NCBI GenBank assembly: GCA_964016885.1
Contig: OZ024743.1
Location: 354,082,001-354,146,000, forward strand
DNA: 64,000 nt
Reading direction: 5' to 3'
DNA from: Eledone cirrhosa
Lineage: Eukaryota
The notes beneath the pieces are model-generated. The model ran no database searches and was not told the origin of the DNA. It was given only the letters and a program-made list of their open reading frames with translations. Position 1 is the first letter of the stretch; each line of letters starts with the position of its first letter. Shown piece by piece: positions 59,301-64,000 of this stretch. A program made the translations under genes and the position numbers.

Positions 59301-60562
59301 CAGATAATTGCCAGCTATTTCGTTCACCGCTTCCAATTCCAATTTAGTGGGTTCTTTACTGACTCTAGTGTTGTATGGTCTGTCACTCACATTAAGGCTG
59401 TGTATCTCTTGAAACATATCGTCCCATATCACTTGTAGGGAGCCCACAAGTTTTTGGTGCTCTGTTTCTTCAGTAGAGTCATGAATTTCAGCCTCGTTGT
59501 TGATGTGGTGACAATTACTACTAGAGTCAGCTGACCTTTCTCGCTGTTCTTCAGTGGAAGTGGGATGGATTTCAGTAAAATTGTTGGTGAGCTGTTCACT
59601 GTTAGATTTAGCTGGCCAGTCTCTTTGTCTGTCAGTGGAGGTGGGGTGGTTGTCTACAAGGGCTGTATTTGTAGTATCACTCGATTCCGTTAGATGTATC
59701 AATTTACATCTAATGATACGTTTTGCCTGTTCGTTTAAATGCTTTGGAGAAAAGTCTAATTCTGGGTGTTTGGAGTTCCATAAAGTTTTTAGCCTTTGCA
59801 TAAAACCGAACTTTTGGGGTTCAGATTGTTTGTATGCTTCATATAATACTTTGTTAAGCTCGTAGCTCCACTGTGTACAACGGTTGTAGTTGCGATTTGG
59901 TCGAAGGAGACTTGTACTTTTTGCCATGATGAGTTCGTCTATTCACTAATATTTCGTATTTATTTTTCAAAATAGTCGATGATCTTCTTTAAAAGTTACG
60001 ACAAAGTTCTGTCAGAATCAAATTTAAAGTTATTCACAGCTTGAGTAATATTTCTTTTCAGTTAGTTTTTAATTCTACAACTGTGTTTTAAACGTTGTTC
60101 TTGAATCGTTTGAATCGAGAACAAAAAGAACCGTTACTTAGTATATTCCTTTATGAATGTAATATAATATAACAACGCTGTATTTATATGTTAAAGTTTA
60201 TGTATCATTCATATAAATAGGTGTTCTACAACCCATTCACAACATATTCACAGTTAAAACACTTATATTTTTGTTTCTGAATCGAAAACGTTACTTGTAT
60301 ATTTCTTTATAAATGTAATATAACAACGTTGCATTTATATGTTACAGTGTATGTATCGTTCATATATCATAAGTGTATGTATCGTTCATATAAATAGGTG
60401 TTTTACAACACACTTACAGTTTAAACACTTATGTAGAATTATTATATGTAATCTTACCGCGTAATGTAGCTCAACTTTTTCCAATATATGGTATGTTGCC
60501 TTCATGTAAGCCGTAATTACACACGTCCGATTATCGGACACTGACCACAACGGTCGCCATTT
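56338..60562 (-). mobile_element. Full-length R4/Dong-type LINE inserted in (CATA)n
   Basis: ~635-nt 5' UTR, single long frame, short 3' UTR with gccacc/ggtggc hairpin; (TATG)n on both flanks. Confidence 0.93.
56418..59927 (-). CDS. R4/Dong RT plus restriction-like endonuclease polyprotein, 1169 codons with one in-frame TGA (59085-59087)
   Basis: ORFs 59085-59927 and 56418-59000 are in frame; WLDYQKAFDSV, GIFQGDSLS, FVDDL, CRLC..H..C, RHD, RPDIVVWD, EISCP all intact. Confidence 0.9.
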
Positions 60563-60634
60563 TATGTATGTATGTATGTATGTATGTATGTATGTATGTA
60601 TGTATGTATGTATGTATGTATGTATGTATGTATG

Positions 60635-61150
60635 TTATGTCGGGTCACTCTTGAGTGCTACTGGTAACATGTAACCCAGTACATCCTGTCGCATGGTCGG
60701 GTCGTCGGCAACTAAACCGGCAAATAAACCAAGTTTACTTGGTGAGGAGGGTGATTTCGGACACCCTGCAGGACAAAAACAAAACTCATAAGAGTCAACG
60801 GCCATCCGAAAGTGTGTAGATATGTATATACACATGTACCACGCGGTTAAACCACTGCGAGTGAAGGACCCCTAGCCTTTGTCAGGGCATTCTTCTAGGA
60901 GAAGGCAACTCAGGAAACTGGGATAACTCCGATATAAAACCTGCGGCGCAGGAGTTACCGATGATGTTGATCTTTTCTTCTGTTCAGGTTATAGCTACTG
61001 TCGCTCAGAGTGGGATTGGCTCAGTGCACAGTCTTTCCTCACTTTAAAAAATATCTTCACGCACAGGCATTGCACGACAGAATGAATTAATAATTATTAA
61101 TAATGGTACATCGTGCAATGGCCATACTCGATTACGAGGGGGCAGCCATC
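60635..61150 (+). mobile_element. RTE-derived non-autonomous (bipartite) element
   Basis: RTE 5'UTR-like ctaggagaaggcaactc; RTE 3'-like atggccatactcgattacgagggggcagcca followed by (ATGT)n; three copies in window. Confidence 0.65.
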
Positions 61151-61369
61151 ATGTATGTATGAATGTATAATAAATGTATAAATGAATTGCATTACTTCGT
61201 TACACCCCTCTACATTATGGTTTCAAATCCCGCCGATGTCAACGTTGTCTTTCATCCTTCCGATGTCGATAACATAATGTACAACTGAAGTACAGGGGTC
61301 GATATTTCTCCTCTCCAAATTACTGGACGTGGGCCTAAAGCAGAAATAATTATATTGTCACTGTATACG

Positions 61370-62160
61370 AATAAGTGCAAGAAACTGGACTATAGGACTA
61401 TCGGGGAAAGTTTGCTTTCAATTATTAGGAAGGTATTTTCTTTTCTGGGTAAATTTCTCCATCATGTGTGTCCATTTAACTTACTAGAAAGCCAACATGG
61501 CCTTAGAGTAGGAAGACGGACAACAGACAATTTTTACTCTCTCGTCACTTACAGGACAAATGTACAAAAAAGCAGAGCGTTGAAGTTTAACACATGCGCA
61601 TTGATGTTACGAATACCCTTCACATAATTAATAGGAAGGTAAAATTGGTTGCATATTCAAATTTCATCATGTTTCTGGGTAGCTCTATGATGGTACAAAA
61701 GCAAGGTGCACATATCCAATTGCTGTTGAAAATGTAGTGAAGCAAGGAGATAACCATTTCCCGACTTATTTTGATGTAAGATTGTGATACTGGTTCATGT
61801 TTTTGTCAAACGATAACTGGAAGGACTTTTGATTTACAGCGACTAAATGCCAAATCTTCAATAGTCAGAAACTGACTCTATAATGACGATTGCAATATGG
61901 CTGCATGTTGAGAAAATGACCCGCAGGAAATTATTGATAGATCTTCGAGTGCTTCACAATCTAATGAGATTAAAGACAAGTTTGTCTACAACAAAAGTAA
62001 TGTTAACTACTGCTCATGGGAATTCTTACAATGAGCTATTAATATTTCTATGTGAAACGAAACCGCCTATAGTTAATAAATTCAATTATCTTCACAATAC
62101 GTTTTCTCGATCGGCTACTTTGGACGAAGTAATTCTGCGTGAGACGAATATCTCAACAAT
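61370..62160 (+). pseudogene. Highly degenerate RTE-clade RT remnant
   Basis: YRTI..SLLSII.KVF, ESQHGLR.GR.TTD, LQDKC, VKQGD..PT motifs. Confidence 0.65.
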
Positions 62161-62399
62161 TAATTAAACAACACTATAAATTGCAACATTAGCAACGACA
62201 ATAACAACGACAACAACAACAACAACAATAAAAACACATCATCAACAGCGGTAGCAACAACATATCAACAATATTAATCGAATTGCTATAAAAAAATATA
62301 CTTAACAAACAGCAAGAACATCAACCTTAAAAAAAAAAAAAATAAATAAAAGCTAGTATATCAGCTAGACCATCAGTAACCCGGTAATAACAGTAATAT

Positions 62400-64000
62400 C
62401 ATCGCCATGCTTACAATCATCATCAGCATTCTCACCACTAGCATCACCATCAACATCAACATAATGCCATCATCACATCATGCCATCATCATCACATCCT
62501 GCCATCATGACCATCACCATCATCATCACATCATACCATCATGACCATCACCATCAACATCATCACATCATGCCATTATCACCATCACCATCATCATCAC
62601 CTCATACCATCATCACCATGACCATCATCATCACATCATGCCATCATGACCATCACCATCATCATGACCTCATACCATCATCACCATCACCATCATCATC
62701 ACATCATGCCATCATCATCATCACCTCATACCATCATGACCATCACCATCATCATCATGTCATCATCACCATCACCATCATCATCACCTCATACCATCAT
62801 CACCATCATCATCACATCATGCCATCATCACCACCACCATCATCATCACCTCATACCATCATCACCATCACCATCATCATCACATTATGCCATCATCACC
62901 ATCACCATCATCATCACATCATGCCATCATCACCATCATCATCACATCATGCCATCATCACCACCACCATCATCATCACCTCATACATTCATCACCATCA
63001 CCATCATCATCACCTCATGCCATCATCGCCATCACCATCATCATCACCTCATACCATCATCACCATCACCATCATCATCATGTCATCATCACCATCACCA
63101 TCATCATCACCTCATACCATCATCACCATCATCATCACATCATGCCATCATCACCACCACCATCATCATCACCTCATACCATCATCACCATCACCATCAT
63201 CATCACATTATGCCATCATCACCATCACCATCATCATCACATCATGCCATCATCACCATCACCATCATCATCACCTCATACCATCATCACCATCATCATC
63301 ACATTATGCCATCATCACCATCACCATCACCATCATCATCATGTCATCATCACCATCACCATCATCATCACCTCATACCATCATCACCATCATCATCACA
63401 TCATGCCATCATCACCACCACCATCATCATCACCTCATACCATCATCACCATCACCTATCATCATCACATTATGCCATCATCACCATCACCATCATCATC
63501 AACTGATGCCATCATCACCATCACCATCATCATCACCTCATACCATCATCACCATCATCATCATCATCACATTATGCCATCATCACCATCACCATCATCA
63601 TCACCTGATGCCATCATCACCATCACCATCATCATCACCTCATACCATCATCACCATCACCATCATCATCACATTATGCCATCATCACCATCATCATGAT
63701 CATCACATTATGCCATCATGACCATCACCATCATCATCATCATATCATGCCATCATCACCATCACCATCATCATCAATTCATGCCATCATCACCATCACC
63801 ATCATCATCACCTGATGCCATCATCACCATCACCATCATCATCACCTCATGCCATCATCACCATCACCATCATCATCACCTCATGCCATCATCACCATCA
63901 CCATCATCATCACATCATGCCATCATCACCATCATCATGATCATCACCTCATGCCATCATCACCATCACCATCATCATCACCTCATACCATCATCACCAT
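62400..64000. repeat. CAT/CAC-based minisatellite (~26-35 bp units), running off the window end
   Basis: Units such as atcaccatcaccatcatcatcacctcatacc; His/Ser/Ile ORFs are artefacts. Confidence 0.95.

Noticed and set aside
62480-63721. 413-aa His-rich ORF resembling cephalopod His-rich beak proteins
   Set aside because: All three plus frames give the same rotating peptide; it is a CAT/CAC minisatellite with unit lengths not divisible by three

Overview
AT-rich, microsatellite-saturated eukaryotic non-genic DNA; the SINE content suggests a coleoid cephalopod such as Octopus (inference). I find no host gene exon, and almost all ORF-track entries are (TA)n/(CA)n/trinucleotide artefacts. Real content: (1) many Penelope-like retroelement (PLE) pieces inserted in microsatellites, including one near-complete decayed RT+GIY-YIG element with tandem and inverted pseudo-LTRs; (2) three R4/Dong-type RLE LINEs, one full-length with a single in-frame TGA; (3) Tx1/L1 and RTE remnants, Meta- and CORE-type SINEs, an RTE-derived non-autonomous element, a hAT MITE, a mariner relic, a probable solo LTR and two large minisatellites. 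Reading both strands by eye gives about 19 type I hammerhead ribozyme motifs from more than 10 unrelated families. The most notable item is a non-coding ~540-610 bp repeat family with terminal direct repeats (retrozyme-like; 3 loci, 4 motif copies). It carries a hammerhead in non-circularly permuted strand order (UH, then GAAA, then CUGAUGA), with covarying stems and a box C/D-type kink-turn in stem III. All RNA structures are manual predictions and untested.
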